Under the pieces are notes generated by a model. It did not search any database, was not told the DNA's origin, and saw only the letters and a program-made list of their open reading frames with translations. From assembly GCA_900299235.1 (NCBI GenBank), contig OMIZ01000160.1:79-64078 (forward strand): a stretch of DNA of 64,000 bases, given 5' to 3'. Source of the stretch: Actinomycetota bacterium (lineage in GTDB: Bacteria > Actinomycetota > Thermoleophilia > Gaiellales > Gaiellaceae). Within the stretch, counting starts at the first letter, position 1. The number at the start of each line of letters is the position of its first letter. Positions 28,149 to 37,460 of the stretch are shown piece by piece. The position numbers and the translations under genes were made by a program.

Positions 28149-29268
28149 GCGGCGTCGCGTCGGTCTCGACGCGAGCAGCCTGTCGATGCGAGGCAAGGGC
28201 GTCGCGCGCTACCTCGCCGAGATGCTGCCGTGTCTCGCGACCGTTGACACCTCGCTCGAACTCGTTGTGTTGGCGGATCTGGCAGCGTCGTTTCCTACCG
28301 GGGCTGAACGGCTCAAGCGGCAGGCAATCAATCCACGTCCAGCCTCCGTGTGGGAGCAGGTTGGGATGCCACGGGCGGCCCGATCAGGTGGTCTGGCGCT
28401 TCTCCATTCGACAAGCGACCGGCTACCGGTTGCAACGCGGACGCCGCTATCGCTCTACCTGTTTGAAGATCCGAAGTACCGCGAGGCGATCGCCGGTAAG
28501 CCGTCAGGGCTCCGCCACACGCTCGCCGGTGCACTGATCCGCGGGTTGTTTCCGGTGAGCCTCCGTCGCGCAGGGGTCGTGATGGTGAGTTCGAAAGCGA
28601 CACTCCGCGACGTCGTGTCCCGGGGCGTTCCGGAAGAGCGGATCCGTCTCGTGTATCCCGGCGTATCGCGCGTGTTTCGTCCGGCACGTGAAGCTGGCGA
28701 GATTGCCGCGATTCGGGCGCGATTTGAGCGCCCTCACGGGTACGTCCTGCACTTCTCGTCAGACGATCCGCGCGACAACTCGCGCGTCGCACTCGAGGCC
28801 TATGCCGAGGCACGTCGGCGCGTTCCCGGCCTGCCACCCCTCGTTGTTGCTGGCCCGGTGGTTGCGACAGCTGAAGAGCAGCGAAGGCGCGCGAGCGAGC
28901 TTGGGATCCTTGAGCACACCCACTGGATCGGCTACCTCTCTGGAGATGCGCTCGCCGAGATCTACCGTGGTGCAACGGCCTACATCGATCCATCGCTCTT
29001 CGAAGGCTTCGGCTTTCAGGTCGCTGAAGCGCTTGCTTCCGGCGCACCGGTGATCTGCTCGAACAGCACGTCGTTGCCAGAGGTCGTCGGCTCGGCAGGT
29101 GTGCTCCACGACCCGAGAGATGTCCGTGGCTTTGCGTCCTCGCTCGCAGAGATCGCGAGCGGTGACGGCGGGCGGTGGCGCGATGCAGGCCCGCGCCAGG
29201 CGGCGCAGTTTCGCTGGGAGACGACAGCACGAGAGACGGTCGCCGTGTGGGAGGAGTTGCTCGCATGA
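28126..29268 (+). CDS. Glycosyltransferase, GT4 family
   Basis: ATG 28126 is the first start compatible with the end of the upstream gene. VGLDASSLSMRGKGVARY is the N-terminus. The C-terminal motif is PSLFEGFGFQVAEALASGAPVICSNSTSLPEVVG. Confidence 0.8.
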   Translation: MPTPRLTERRRVGLDASSLSMRGKGVARYLAEMLPCLATVDTSLELVVLADLAASFPTGAERLKRQAINPRPASVWEQVGMPRAARSGGLALLHSTSDRLPVATRTPLSLYLFEDPKYREAIAGKPSGLRHTLAGALIRGLFPVSLRRAGVVMVSSKATLRDVVSRGVPEERIRLVYPGVSRVFRPAREAGEIAAIRARFERPHGYVLHFSSDDPRDNSRVALEAYAEARRRVPGLPPLVVAGPVVATAEEQRRRASELGILEHTHWIGYLSGDALAEIYRGATAYIDPSLFEGFGFQVAEALASGAPVICSNSTSLPEVVGSAGVLHDPRDVRGFASSLAEIASGDGGRWRDAGPRQAAQFRWETTARETVAVWEELLA

Positions 29269-30332
29269 GACGCGTTGCGCTCGCGTGTACCGGTCTTGGG
29301 TATGTCCCGCGCGGGTTTGAGCGGTACACACGCGAGTTGTTCGACGTCGTTCGTGACGACATCGACGCGACGTTGTACGCCGCTGTTTCGCAGGGGGCAG
29401 GCGAAGTCGCGATTCACGTCCCGCACCGGGATAGTCTGCTGGCGCGGCTTGGTGATGAGCGTGCCTATCGACTCGAGGTGGCAGCATTTGCCGCGCGGCT
29501 CGCGATGCGGGTGCGGCGCGACAGGATCGGTGTCGTGCACTACTCCGAGCCGTATCTCGGCAACGTCCTCGCGGCGATGCGACGCCGACTTCGCCTCGAT
29601 GTCACTCTCCTGCTGACTGACGGTCTCGGGTTGACGCCTGCGAGCGCGTCCCGGGCCGACCTCCTGCACGTCCTTACGCCGTCCGCGTTCGACGCGGCGC
29701 GGGCCGGAGGGCGTCCGGCGACGGCGACCTTTGAGATACCCTATGGACTCCACACGCAGCGCTTTCGGTCGACCGAGGAGAAGCATGAGTGCAGGCGAGA
29801 GCTCGGACTTCCGGTCGACACGAAGATCGTGCTCGATGTTGCAGCGATCAATGCTCGCCACAAGCGAGTCGATGCGCTCATCGATGAAGCGGTTCGCCTG
29901 CCATCCGACTGGACACTTGTGATCGTCGGGGCTCCGGAAGAGCCTGCGTTGCTCGATCACGCACGCAACGTGCTTGGGGCACGGTTCGTGCACCTGAGGC
30001 TCAGACGTGACGAGATGCCGCTCGTGTACGCCGCCGCCGACGTGTTCGCTCACGCTGCGCGTGAGGAGGGGTTTGGCCTTGGGATTGTCGAGGCGATGGC
30101 CGCAGGGCTCCCGGTGGTGGTGCACTGCACAGACCATTTCGCGTGGCTTGTCGGTGACCCGGGACAGCTCGTCGATGTCGATGTACCGGGCGCGCTCGCG
30201 TCCGGTGTCGCGAGTGCCCAGGCGGATGTGGGTCGGCGCAACATTGAGCGAGCGGAGAGCTTCGACTGGAGCGCTCTCGCGCCTCGCTATGTCGAGATGT
30301 TCCGTACGGCTCAGGCCGGCGTTCGGCCGTAG
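29265..30332 (+). CDS. Glycosyltransferase, GT4 family
   Basis: An ATGA overlap at 29265 gives MRRVALACTGLGYVPRGFERYT. The C-terminal motif is HAAREEGFGLGIVEAMAAGLPVVV. Confidence 0.75.
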   Translation: MRRVALACTGLGYVPRGFERYTRELFDVVRDDIDATLYAAVSQGAGEVAIHVPHRDSLLARLGDERAYRLEVAAFAARLAMRVRRDRIGVVHYSEPYLGNVLAAMRRRLRLDVTLLLTDGLGLTPASASRADLLHVLTPSAFDAARAGGRPATATFEIPYGLHTQRFRSTEEKHECRRELGLPVDTKIVLDVAAINARHKRVDALIDEAVRLPSDWTLVIVGAPEEPALLDHARNVLGARFVHLRLRRDEMPLVYAAADVFAHAAREEGFGLGIVEAMAAGLPVVVHCTDHFAWLVGDPGQLVDVDVPGALASGVASAQADVGRRNIERAESFDWSALAPRYVEMFRTAQAGVRP

Positions 30333-30958
30333 GCGAGAGTCGCGCACGCGCCTGTGTCGATGAGGGTCGGCGCGATCACGTCGCGCCACGCCCGGTCGAC
30401 CCCCTCCCAGGTGGGAAGGACGTCGTGCGCGGCGACGAGACCGCCCGGCCTGACGTGCCGGACAAAGCTGTGGAAGTCTGCGACGACATCGTCGAAGTCG
30501 TGTGAGCCGTCGATGAACAGCAGGTCGATTGGGCGCTCCCATGTCTGCGCGGTTTCGAGCGATCGGCCTGGAATCGCGGTCACGTACGCCGTCAACCCGC
30601 CGCGGGCGATATTCGCGTCGAACTCATCGCGAAAGCCGCGCGTGTCGAAGTCGTTGTCGTTGCCGTCAAACGTGTCAAGGGCGTAGACGTGGCGCTCAGT
30701 ACCGCGGCAGCCGTACGCGAGCGCGGAGGTTGAGCGACCTTTGAAGCTTCCGATCTCGACGATCGTCGCCGTGTGCGGGAGCGCCCGGGCGGCCTGGAAG
30801 AGCCAGAACTCCTGGATGGGCGAGATCAGTAGGCCCGGAACGGTGTTGAGCTTCGGCCAGATCCGCGCGAAAGCGATGCCGTCGCGACTCAACCGCTGGC
30901 TGCGTGGGAGTGCGAGCGTTCGAAGGGTGGTGAAGAGACCGTGTTGTTCCGTGGCCAT
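30311..30958 (-). CDS. Class I SAM-dependent (O-)methyltransferase, Methyltransf_24-like
   Basis: TIVEIGSFKGRSTSALAYGC is motif I. IDLLFIDGSHDFDDVVADF and VRPGGLVAAHDV follow. The 3' end overlaps the convergent GT4 gene by 22 nt. Confidence 0.75.
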   Translation of the reverse strand: MATEQHGLFTTLRTLALPRSQRLSRDGIAFARIWPKLNTVPGLLISPIQEFWLFQAARALPHTATIVEIGSFKGRSTSALAYGCRGTERHVYALDTFDGNDNDFDTRGFRDEFDANIARGGLTAYVTAIPGRSLETAQTWERPIDLLFIDGSHDFDDVVADFHSFVRHVRPGGLVAAHDVLPTWEGVDRAWRDVIAPTLIDTGACATLAYGRTPA

Positions 30959-30979
30959 TGTCTCAGGATACGGCTCGGC

Positions 30980-31897
30980 TCATTTGGGCGCCTTGAGGCC
31001 GTGGCGGCGAGCATTGACGACGCTTGCGGGAAGGTGGCTGAGAACGTGACGCTTCAGGAACCCTGGTTCGAACGCCACTGAGGGGTCGTCGCGTAGCGCC
31101 TGCCAGCCCGTGCGTGCAGCCTCGCGGTTTTCGCCGAGCGACCACAGCGACCGCGCCCGGTAGTGACGCAGGCGGGCGCGGTAGCGGCGATCACCGTGTC
31201 CGCTCGCTTCGGCGGCGAGCTGCTCGGTGAACGATGCAGAGGCCCGAAACATCGGCTCCGACTGCGTGTTGCCCCCGTGGTGGCGAATCAACGCGACTGG
31301 TTCGGGAACGAACGCGAGCGTGCCATGACGCCGGATACGCAGGAGCCACTCGATGTCTTCAGCGACGAGCAGCTCTTCTCGGAAACCTCCCACGGAGGCG
31401 ACCGCTTCACGCGAGATCAGGACGGTGGATGGGTAGATGCGCATTCGCACCGCCAGCACCTCGGGGGTAGCGGCGCGCGCCGCGGTCTCGGCGATCTCCC
31501 GCTGAATGGTCGCGGTGTCATCGAGGATCGGCTCGCCGTCTTCGTCGATGAACGTGACCTGTCCCCACGCGCCAATGTCGTCTTCTTGCATCGCCGCGAC
31601 CTGGCGTTCAAATCGTCGCGGTAGTGACAGGTCGTCGGAGTCGAGAAACGCGATGAGCGGTGCGGTCGCCGCTTCGATACCCCGGTTGCGAGCTGCTGAG
31701 CGACCGGCCCACTCCTGCCAAATTCCGACTATTGGAAGGTCGGTGAGGTAGTCAAGCGTGTCGTCTGTTCCACCATCGTCGACAACGATTACCTCGACAG
31801 ACAGGCTCTGGTCGGTCAAGCAGCTTTCGACGGCGAGCCGGCAGAGATCGCGTCGGTTTCGTGTGGGGATAACAACACTGACGTCTGGAGCGCTCAT
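30980..31897 (-). CDS. Glycosyltransferase, GT2 family
   Basis: VSVVIPTRNRRDLCRLAVESCL..EVIVVDDGGTDDT is the GT-A N-terminus and FLDSDD is the DxD motif. There is an ATGA overlap at 31897. Confidence 0.8.
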   Translation of the reverse strand: MSAPDVSVVIPTRNRRDLCRLAVESCLTDQSLSVEVIVVDDGGTDDTLDYLTDLPIVGIWQEWAGRSAARNRGIEAATAPLIAFLDSDDLSLPRRFERQVAAMQEDDIGAWGQVTFIDEDGEPILDDTATIQREIAETAARAATPEVLAVRMRIYPSTVLISREAVASVGGFREELLVAEDIEWLLRIRRHGTLAFVPEPVALIRHHGGNTQSEPMFRASASFTEQLAAEASGHGDRRYRARLRHYRARSLWSLGENREAARTGWQALRDDPSVAFEPGFLKRHVLSHLPASVVNARRHGLKAPK

Positions 31898-32706
31898 CGG
31901 CCGAAGGCGGTCTTGACGCGTCCGGCGACGAGTTTCGCCTGATGCGCGTGGTGGGCGAGGCGCAATCTGGAGCTGCGACGCGGAACGATCATTCCGTCGG
32001 AGCGGAGACGGTGGGTTGCGTCAAGCATCGAGTAGAGGTGTCGGCGTCCACCTGCAAGTTCGATGTTTGCCTGAGCCTCGGGGCCGCCATACGCCCACGC
32101 CACCCCACCTGCGAGGTGGCTGTGCTCGTGGCGCTGGTGGATCGCGAGAAACGCGTCGGAGGCATCGACGACCGCCGCGCCGACGTGACGGGCTTCCCAC
32201 ACAAGCCAGTTGTCGAACCCGGCACGTCCAAGAACAAACGGTGGGAGATCGACAAACAGGTCACGGCTGAAGACGAACCAGTCGAGGTAGTCGTGTCCGC
32301 GAATCGACCCGGCCGCAATCGCTGCGGGCGTGTGCACATCGGTCGGGTCGATATCCACGCAGCGCCCGACGAGCAGGAACTTCGCGTGGGCCCCCGCGAG
32401 GTTCGCGGCAACTGAGGCAAGCTCCTGTGGCAAGACGATGTCACAGTTTGCAAAGCACAGCACGGAGTGATCAGAGCTCTGTCGCGCGGCAGCGAACGCC
32501 GAGTCTAGGCGCGGAGTGCCGTAGTCGTTGCGTTCGACGTGGGCGGCGTGGGTGGCACCGACGCGTGCGGCCGCCTCGGCGACCCCTTCCTCATCACCGA
32601 TCAAAACGACGTGCGCGCCGAGTGCAACCCAGCTGTCGATCGCCTGGTTCTGGATCAGGTCGAATGGAGGCTGGAACGCCTTTGGTACCGCGAAGATCGT
32701 CAGCAT
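31894..32706 (-). CDS. Hypothetical protein, possible orphan GT-A-like transferase
   Basis: MLTIFAVPKAFQPPFDLIQNQAIDSWVALG...FANCDIVLP resembles a recurring uncharacterised family in LPS/EPS loci. It is coupled on both sides (31897, 32700-32706). Confidence 0.5.
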   Translation of the reverse strand: MLTIFAVPKAFQPPFDLIQNQAIDSWVALGAHVVLIGDEEGVAEAAARVGATHAAHVERNDYGTPRLDSAFAAARQSSDHSVLCFANCDIVLPQELASVAANLAGAHAKFLLVGRCVDIDPTDVHTPAAIAAGSIRGHDYLDWFVFSRDLFVDLPPFVLGRAGFDNWLVWEARHVGAAVVDASDAFLAIHQRHEHSHLAGGVAWAYGGPEAQANIELAGGRRHLYSMLDATHRLRSDGMIVPRRSSRLRLAHHAHQAKLVAGRVKTAFGR

Positions 32707-33905
32707 CGTGTCTCTTCAAACCATCTGAGGTATGCCGCTGTCGTCATCTGCATGTCGAACTCTGCACGCGCCGAGTTCGCGGCGGCCTCGCCAACGCTGG
32801 TTCGTCGAACCGGATCGGAGAGGAGAGAAGTAAGCGCGCTTGCAAGTGCGCGTGGGTCGGCGGGCGGAACGAGCACGCCAGTGGCGTCTGGGCCGGAGGT
32901 CTTGACCTGCTCGGGGATGCCGCCCACGGCCGTGGCGACGACGGGCAGTCCGCACGCAAGTGCCTCAAGCACGGTGGTCGGGAACGTGTCGGCGCGCGCA
33001 GCGTGAACGTAGATGTCAGCCGCGTGGTAGACGCGAGCGACGGCATCTGGATCGCTAACGAACGGGAGGAGACGGATGTTTGGATTGTCTGATGCGATCT
33101 CTGGATCGTCGCCGAGGCCGACGAGCAACGGGACCGACGGATCAGGCCAGACGTCGACAAGTTGCTGGAACGCTGCCTTGAGCGTCGGCCAATCCTTCCA
33201 GGGGTTATCAACGATCCCGGCAGCCGCGAATAGGAGAATCGGGCGTTCCTGCGGCAAGTCAAGCGCCCCTCGAGCAGCGCGTCGATCTGCCGGGCAGAAG
33301 GTCGCGAGGTCGACGCCATTGCGGATGACGCGAGACGACGCAGCGGTAAGCATCGATTCCTCCATGCGGGAGAGAAGCCACTGTGATGGCGCAGCAACGT
33401 GCAGGTGTGACTGCCGATAGATCTCGCGCTTCGTATTCCAGTTTCGCGCCGTGGCATCGCGTGAGATCGCGGGGTAGATCCCGAGGTCGGGGCACGACCC
33501 GCAGCCGCTGCGCCAGCGCTCGCAGGTAAACGAATGGGCGCAGTGTCCAGTGAGCAGCCAGTTGTCGTGCATCGTCACGTGCAGCTGCACCTCGTGCGAG
33601 AGTCGAATCAGCTCGCGAAGATCGAAGTACCAGCCGTGCAGGTTGTGGGCGTGGACGACATCAGGTCGCGTTGGTGGAAGGTCGAGCAGCGTGCGTGTCG
33701 CGGGAAACCGGAACTCCTCACGACCGCGGCTGCGATCCCACATGGAACGAACGCGCTGGCGCTCTGGCGAGAGCGTGAGCACCGCAGGATCGTTGCGTGA
33801 CGGGTAACCAACGGCAAGCCACGACCCGTGACCTGCCTGCGCATAGCCGTCACGCAGCCCGAGAGCGACACCTTCGGCGCCGCCTCGGCGGTCAGACGTC
33901 GACAC
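32700..33905 (-). CDS. Glycosyltransferase, GT4 family (N-terminus ambiguous)
   Basis: STSDRRGGAEGVALGL and VHAARADTFPTTVLEALACGLPVVATAVGGIPEQV are present. The first canonical start (GTG 33905) lies downstream of the conserved beta-1 strand (VNILQVS), which is encoded in frame at 33920-33903. See the finding on this junction. Confidence 0.75.
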   Translation of the reverse strand: MSTSDRRGGAEGVALGLRDGYAQAGHGSWLAVGYPSRNDPAVLTLSPERQRVRSMWDRSRGREEFRFPATRTLLDLPPTRPDVVHAHNLHGWYFDLRELIRLSHEVQLHVTMHDNWLLTGHCAHSFTCERWRSGCGSCPDLGIYPAISRDATARNWNTKREIYRQSHLHVAAPSQWLLSRMEESMLTAASSRVIRNGVDLATFCPADRRAARGALDLPQERPILLFAAAGIVDNPWKDWPTLKAAFQQLVDVWPDPSVPLLVGLGDDPEIASDNPNIRLLPFVSDPDAVARVYHAADIYVHAARADTFPTTVLEALACGLPVVATAVGGIPEQVKTSGPDATGVLVPPADPRALASALTSLLSDPVRRTSVGEAAANSARAEFDMQMTTAAYLRWFEETRC

Positions 33906-33916
33906 CTGCAGGATGT

Positions 33917-34900
33917 TTACGAGACAGGTCCCTGTTCGATCGCCCGGGTGAACACCTCAAGGTAGCGGTCGGCAACCGGCCCGATGTCGTAGGGGTGTTC
34001 AGGTGCGTTCCTCAGCCGAGTCTGATACCCCTTCTGGAGCTTCGCGACGGCGTCGGCAAGGGAACCTTCAAATGACACGCCATACGGGGCGGCAAGCTCC
34101 TTGTTTGCTCCCGAGTCGAGGTAGATCACCTGAAGGCCGGAGTTGATCGCCTCTAGGAGCGCGTTTGAACAGGTCTCCTTTTCGGAAAATGCGAGGAAGC
34201 CGTGGCATGTTCGAAGGAAACGCCCGAGGTCTCGCGCTCGCTGTGGCGTCTGCACGGCGATCGAATCGAACGTGAGACCCTCGGGAACCCGGCCGACGTA
34301 CGAGATGGTAATGCCGGGCAGGTGCCGCAGTTCCTTGTCGAACTGCCGGAAGTACGCGAAACCCTTCCGCTCGTCCTTCGACCATGAGGTGATCGCAAGG
34401 CGAAACGGCCCCTTTCCATCCCAATATGCGCGGCGACGGGGGCGCATGAACGGGAGTCGCCGGTCATCCAGGCCAAACACCGTTGAATCGGTGCCGTTAT
34501 GGATGATTACCGAGTCGCCCGCGAATCCGGACGTCCGGAATACCTCTGCGCTGTAGACGCTCTGGAAGATCACGGTGCGAACGTACGGATCGAACGCGAG
34601 TTGCTGGCGATCCCCCTCAACGACGCCATCGATGACGGCGCGCATCTCAGGCGACCCACGAAAGGCATACCCGACGCGGCGATGAACCACCGGAACGCCG
34701 CGTCCGTTGAACTCTTGTGCGGTCTCAACCGTGAGGTTGTCGGTGAGCCCGTTCAGAAACGCGACATCGACCGAATCGGTTGGGTTGTGGGTCACGCGTA
34801 TCCCGCGTGAGCGCAACTCGCGATAGAGCGCACGCAGAAACGAGTTTGCTCCGCCGTAGGGTGCGTTGGTGACCGTGGCATTTGCGAAGACGCGGAGCAT
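33917..34900 (-). CDS. GT-B-fold glycosyltransferase (paralogue of 39970..41013)
   Basis: ATG 34900 gives MLRVFANATVTNAPYGGANSFLRALYRELRSRGIRV. The C-terminal region reads ETCSNALLEAINSGLQVIYLDSGANKELA. Both blocks align by eye with the 39970 gene. Confidence 0.6.
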   Translation of the reverse strand: MLRVFANATVTNAPYGGANSFLRALYRELRSRGIRVTHNPTDSVDVAFLNGLTDNLTVETAQEFNGRGVPVVHRRVGYAFRGSPEMRAVIDGVVEGDRQQLAFDPYVRTVIFQSVYSAEVFRTSGFAGDSVIIHNGTDSTVFGLDDRRLPFMRPRRRAYWDGKGPFRLAITSWSKDERKGFAYFRQFDKELRHLPGITISYVGRVPEGLTFDSIAVQTPQRARDLGRFLRTCHGFLAFSEKETCSNALLEAINSGLQVIYLDSGANKELAAPYGVSFEGSLADAVAKLQKGYQTRLRNAPEHPYDIGPVADRYLEVFTRAIEQGPVS

Positions 34901-34964
34901 GGGCGTTCCAACCGATGATGGTAGATTGAAGCGATCTTCGGCGCTTTTCCAGCGCATATTGCGA
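34901..34964. promoter_or_regulatory. Divergent intergenic region upstream of the GT2-nonulosonic-acid operon
   Basis: This is a 64-nt gap between the ATG at 34900 (minus strand) and the ATG at 34965 (plus strand). Confidence 0.25.
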
Positions 34965-35663
34965 ATGCGCGACGCTCATGACAATCTGTCAGGCTCGACT
35001 GAAGTGACGACCTTTCCTGACATTGCGGTCATCGTCCCGGCGCACAACGAAGAACTCTACGTCGAACGTGCGCTGCGGAGCCTTGTGTATCAGACGCTTG
35101 ACGATGAGTTGTACGAGATCATTCTGGTTGACGACGGCTCCGAGGACGCGACTGCCCGGATCGCGGAGAAGTTCGCGCCCCACGTACGCATGCTGACGAA
35201 CGAGTCGCGACTCGGGCTGCCAGCCTCGATCAACCGCGGCATCCGCGAGGCGAACGCCCGATACGTCGTGCGCGTCGACGCCGACGACTACGTCCACCCA
35301 GACTTTCTACGCATTCTGCATCTCTTCCTCGACCTCAACCCCCACATGAGTGCGATTGCGTGCGATTACATAACGGTCAACGCCGATGAAGAGCACGTTT
35401 CGCGTGAGGCGGTCGACGCCGCACCGATCGGCTGCGGAATCATGTTCCGCAAGGAGCGGCTTGTCGAGATCGGTTTGTACGACGAGAGCTTCCTGATGGC
35501 TGAAGATCTTGACCTCCGGCTTCGCTTTGAACGGAAGTGGCAGATCCATCGGGTTGAGCTGCCGCTCTACCGCTACCGCTTTCACGGGGAGAACATGACG
35601 TCGGCTCGCGAGGATTACGACGGATACATCGAGCGCGCGATGCGGAAGAACACTGACGGATGA
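34965..35663 (+). CDS. Glycosyltransferase, GT2 family
   Basis: IAVIVPAHNEELYVERALRSLVYQTL..EIILVDDGSEDAT is the GT-A N-terminus and VDADD is the DxD motif. The start is ATG 34965 (alternative GTG 35004). The stop overlaps the next start (ATGA at 35660). Confidence 0.8.
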   Translation: MRDAHDNLSGSTEVTTFPDIAVIVPAHNEELYVERALRSLVYQTLDDELYEIILVDDGSEDATARIAEKFAPHVRMLTNESRLGLPASINRGIREANARYVVRVDADDYVHPDFLRILHLFLDLNPHMSAIACDYITVNADEEHVSREAVDAAPIGCGIMFRKERLVEIGLYDESFLMAEDLDLRLRFERKWQIHRVELPLYRYRFHGENMTSAREDYDGYIERAMRKNTDG

Positions 35664-36736
35664 CGCCTGCCGCTCCGATCGACTTGGCGACGTATGCGGG
35701 CTGGGACGCCCCGATCTTTCTCATCGCAGAGGCAGGGGTCAATCACGGCGGCGATCTCGATGCCGCGCGCGAGATGGTTCGGGCGGCTGCAGGCGCTGGC
35801 GTCGATGCAATCAAGTTCCAGACCTACAGCGCATCGCGCATCGCGACCAAGTCGTCAGCGGCGTATTGGGACCGAACGCAGGAGCCAACGGCGACCCAGT
35901 TCGAGCTTTTCTTGAAGTACGACGGGCTCAAAGAGAGCGACTATCGCGCGCTCGCCGCCGAATGCGAGGCCGCCGGTGTGTTGTTCCTCACAACACCGTT
36001 CGATACTGACTGCGTCTCTTGGCTTGATCCGCTCGTTGGAACATGGAAGATCGCCTCGGCCGACATCACGAACCCGGTGCTGCTCAGGCGTGTTGCACGC
36101 ACAGGGAAGAGCGTCGCTCTCTCGACCGGAGCCTCAACGCTCGACGAGATCGCGGCTGCAGTCGCGCTGCTGCAGACGGAAGGTGCGCAGTCGGTCGCAT
36201 TGCTGCAGTGCACGCTCTCGTACCCGACTGCCGCAGCTGACGCTGCGGTCGGTGGGCTGGTCGGACTACGGTCGGCGTTCCCCGGCATCGCATTGGGCTA
36301 CTCCGACCACACGCAGCCAGGGGACAGCTACGCCGTGATCGCTGCTGCGTACACGCTGGGCGCCCGGGTGATCGAGAAGCACTTCACGCTCGACGCGTCA
36401 CTGCCGGGCAACGACCACTACCACGCGTTCGAACCGGACGGTTTCGTTCGACTGCGAGCCGAGCTCGACGGCCTACGCGCGATTCTCGGCTCAGCGAGCA
36501 AGGCAGTGCTCGTGAACGAGCAGGCCGCTCGCACACATGCTCGACGCAGCTTGGTATCCCGTGGTGATCTCGCTGCGGGCACCGTAATCACCGAGGATGT
36601 CCTTGACGTGAAGCGGCCAGGCACGGGAATCAGCCCGGTTGAGCTGGGTCGTGTCCTCGGCCATCGTCTTGCAGTTGACGTACCCGATGACACGACGCTG
36701 CAGTGGGAGATGCTCGTCGGAGCCGATGAGCGCTGA
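35660..36736 (+). CDS. NeuB-family nonulosonic-acid synthase (N-acetylneuraminate/pseudaminate/legionaminate/Kdn-phosphate synthase family) with C-terminal SAF domain
   Basis: IFLIAEAGVNHGGDLDAAREMVRAAAGAGVDAIKFQTY, FLTTPFD, KIASADITN, ALSTGAS, LLQCTLSYPT, GYSDHT, IEKHFTLD and KRPGTGISP align block-for-block with remembered N. meningitidis NeuB. Confidence 0.85.
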   Translation: MTPAAPIDLATYAGWDAPIFLIAEAGVNHGGDLDAAREMVRAAAGAGVDAIKFQTYSASRIATKSSAAYWDRTQEPTATQFELFLKYDGLKESDYRALAAECEAAGVLFLTTPFDTDCVSWLDPLVGTWKIASADITNPVLLRRVARTGKSVALSTGASTLDEIAAAVALLQTEGAQSVALLQCTLSYPTAAADAAVGGLVGLRSAFPGIALGYSDHTQPGDSYAVIAAAYTLGARVIEKHFTLDASLPGNDHYHAFEPDGFVRLRAELDGLRAILGSASKAVLVNEQAARTHARRSLVSRGDLAAGTVITEDVLDVKRPGTGISPVELGRVLGHRLAVDVPDDTTLQWEMLVGADER

Positions 36737-37460
36737 CGCCCATTCGGGCGGCGCGATCATCCTGCAGGCGCGGGCAGGGTCGACGAGGCTTCCGGCCAAG
36801 GTGCTGCGTCCATTTGGGGACGTCACGCTCCTTGAACACATCGTCGCGCGGCTCCGTGCGACCGAGCTGCCGGTGTGGGTCGCGACCTCGACGCTGCATG
36901 GCGACGATCCGGTCGCCGAGTTGGCCGGGCAGGCTGGTGCCGACGTCTTCCGTGGTGACGAGGCAGATGTCCTCGGTCGCTTTGCCGCGTGCGTCGAGGC
37001 AATGCCTCATCGACCCGATCACATCGTGCGGATCTGTGCTGATCGGCCATTCGTCTCTCCCGACGTGATCCTCGATCACGTTGCCGCGTGGGTCGAGGCG
37101 GGTCGCCCCGCGATCGTCTCGAGTTCGATCGAGCCGAGCTTCCCGATTGGTCTTGAGGTCGAGGTCGTCGCCACGGATGCACTGATCACCGCGGCGGCGG
37201 AGGCACGCGACCCGTACGAGCGCGAGCACGTGACCCCGTACCTCTACCGCCACCCCGATGTCTTCGCGCAGGTATCGCTCACGTGCCCGTACGGCAACTA
37301 CGCCCACGTTCGTGCTGTCGTCGATACCTTTGCCGATTACGACGCCCTCGTGCGCGTCAACGAACGACTTGAGCGTGTTCGAGCGGATCATGGGTTCGAG
37401 GAGTTGCTGACGCTCGCAACAGTCGATCTCGGAACGTTCCCGTCAGAGGCCGCGGTATGA
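36726..37460 (+). CDS. Cytidylyltransferase, SpsF/acylneuraminate cytidylyltransferase (CTP_transf_3) family
   Basis: GGAIILQARAGSTRLPAKVLRPFGDVTLLEHIV matches the SpsF/NeuA-type N-terminal nucleotide-binding motif. ATG 36726 overlaps the neuB-like stop by 11 nt. Confidence 0.7.
   Translation: MSADAHSGGAIILQARAGSTRLPAKVLRPFGDVTLLEHIVARLRATELPVWVATSTLHGDDPVAELAGQAGADVFRGDEADVLGRFAACVEAMPHRPDHIVRICADRPFVSPDVILDHVAAWVEAGRPAIVSSSIEPSFPIGLEVEVVATDALITAAAEARDPYEREHVTPYLYRHPDVFAQVSLTCPYGNYAHVRAVVDTFADYDALVRVNERLERVRADHGFEELLTLATVDLGTFPSEAAV

Noticed and set aside
28328-29362. 344-aa minus-strand ORF
   Set aside because: It is antisense to the GT4 gene at 28126-29268. It is Arg/Ser/Pro-rich with no motif.
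29016-30542. 508-aa ORF on the minus strand
   Set aside because: It lies entirely antisense to two plus-strand GT4 genes that have clear catalytic motifs. The translation is Arg/Pro/His-rich low-complexity with no recognisable motif, which is a typical shadow ORF of high-GC DNA.
35660-37460. Calling the NeuB/cytidylyltransferase pair a Neu5Ac (true sialic acid) pathway with symbols neuB/neuA
   Set aside because: Family membership is clear, but substrate is not. No NeuC-type epimerase is visible, and the cytidylyltransferase looks SpsF-like rather than classical NeuA. I therefore left the symbols blank and the sugar identity open.
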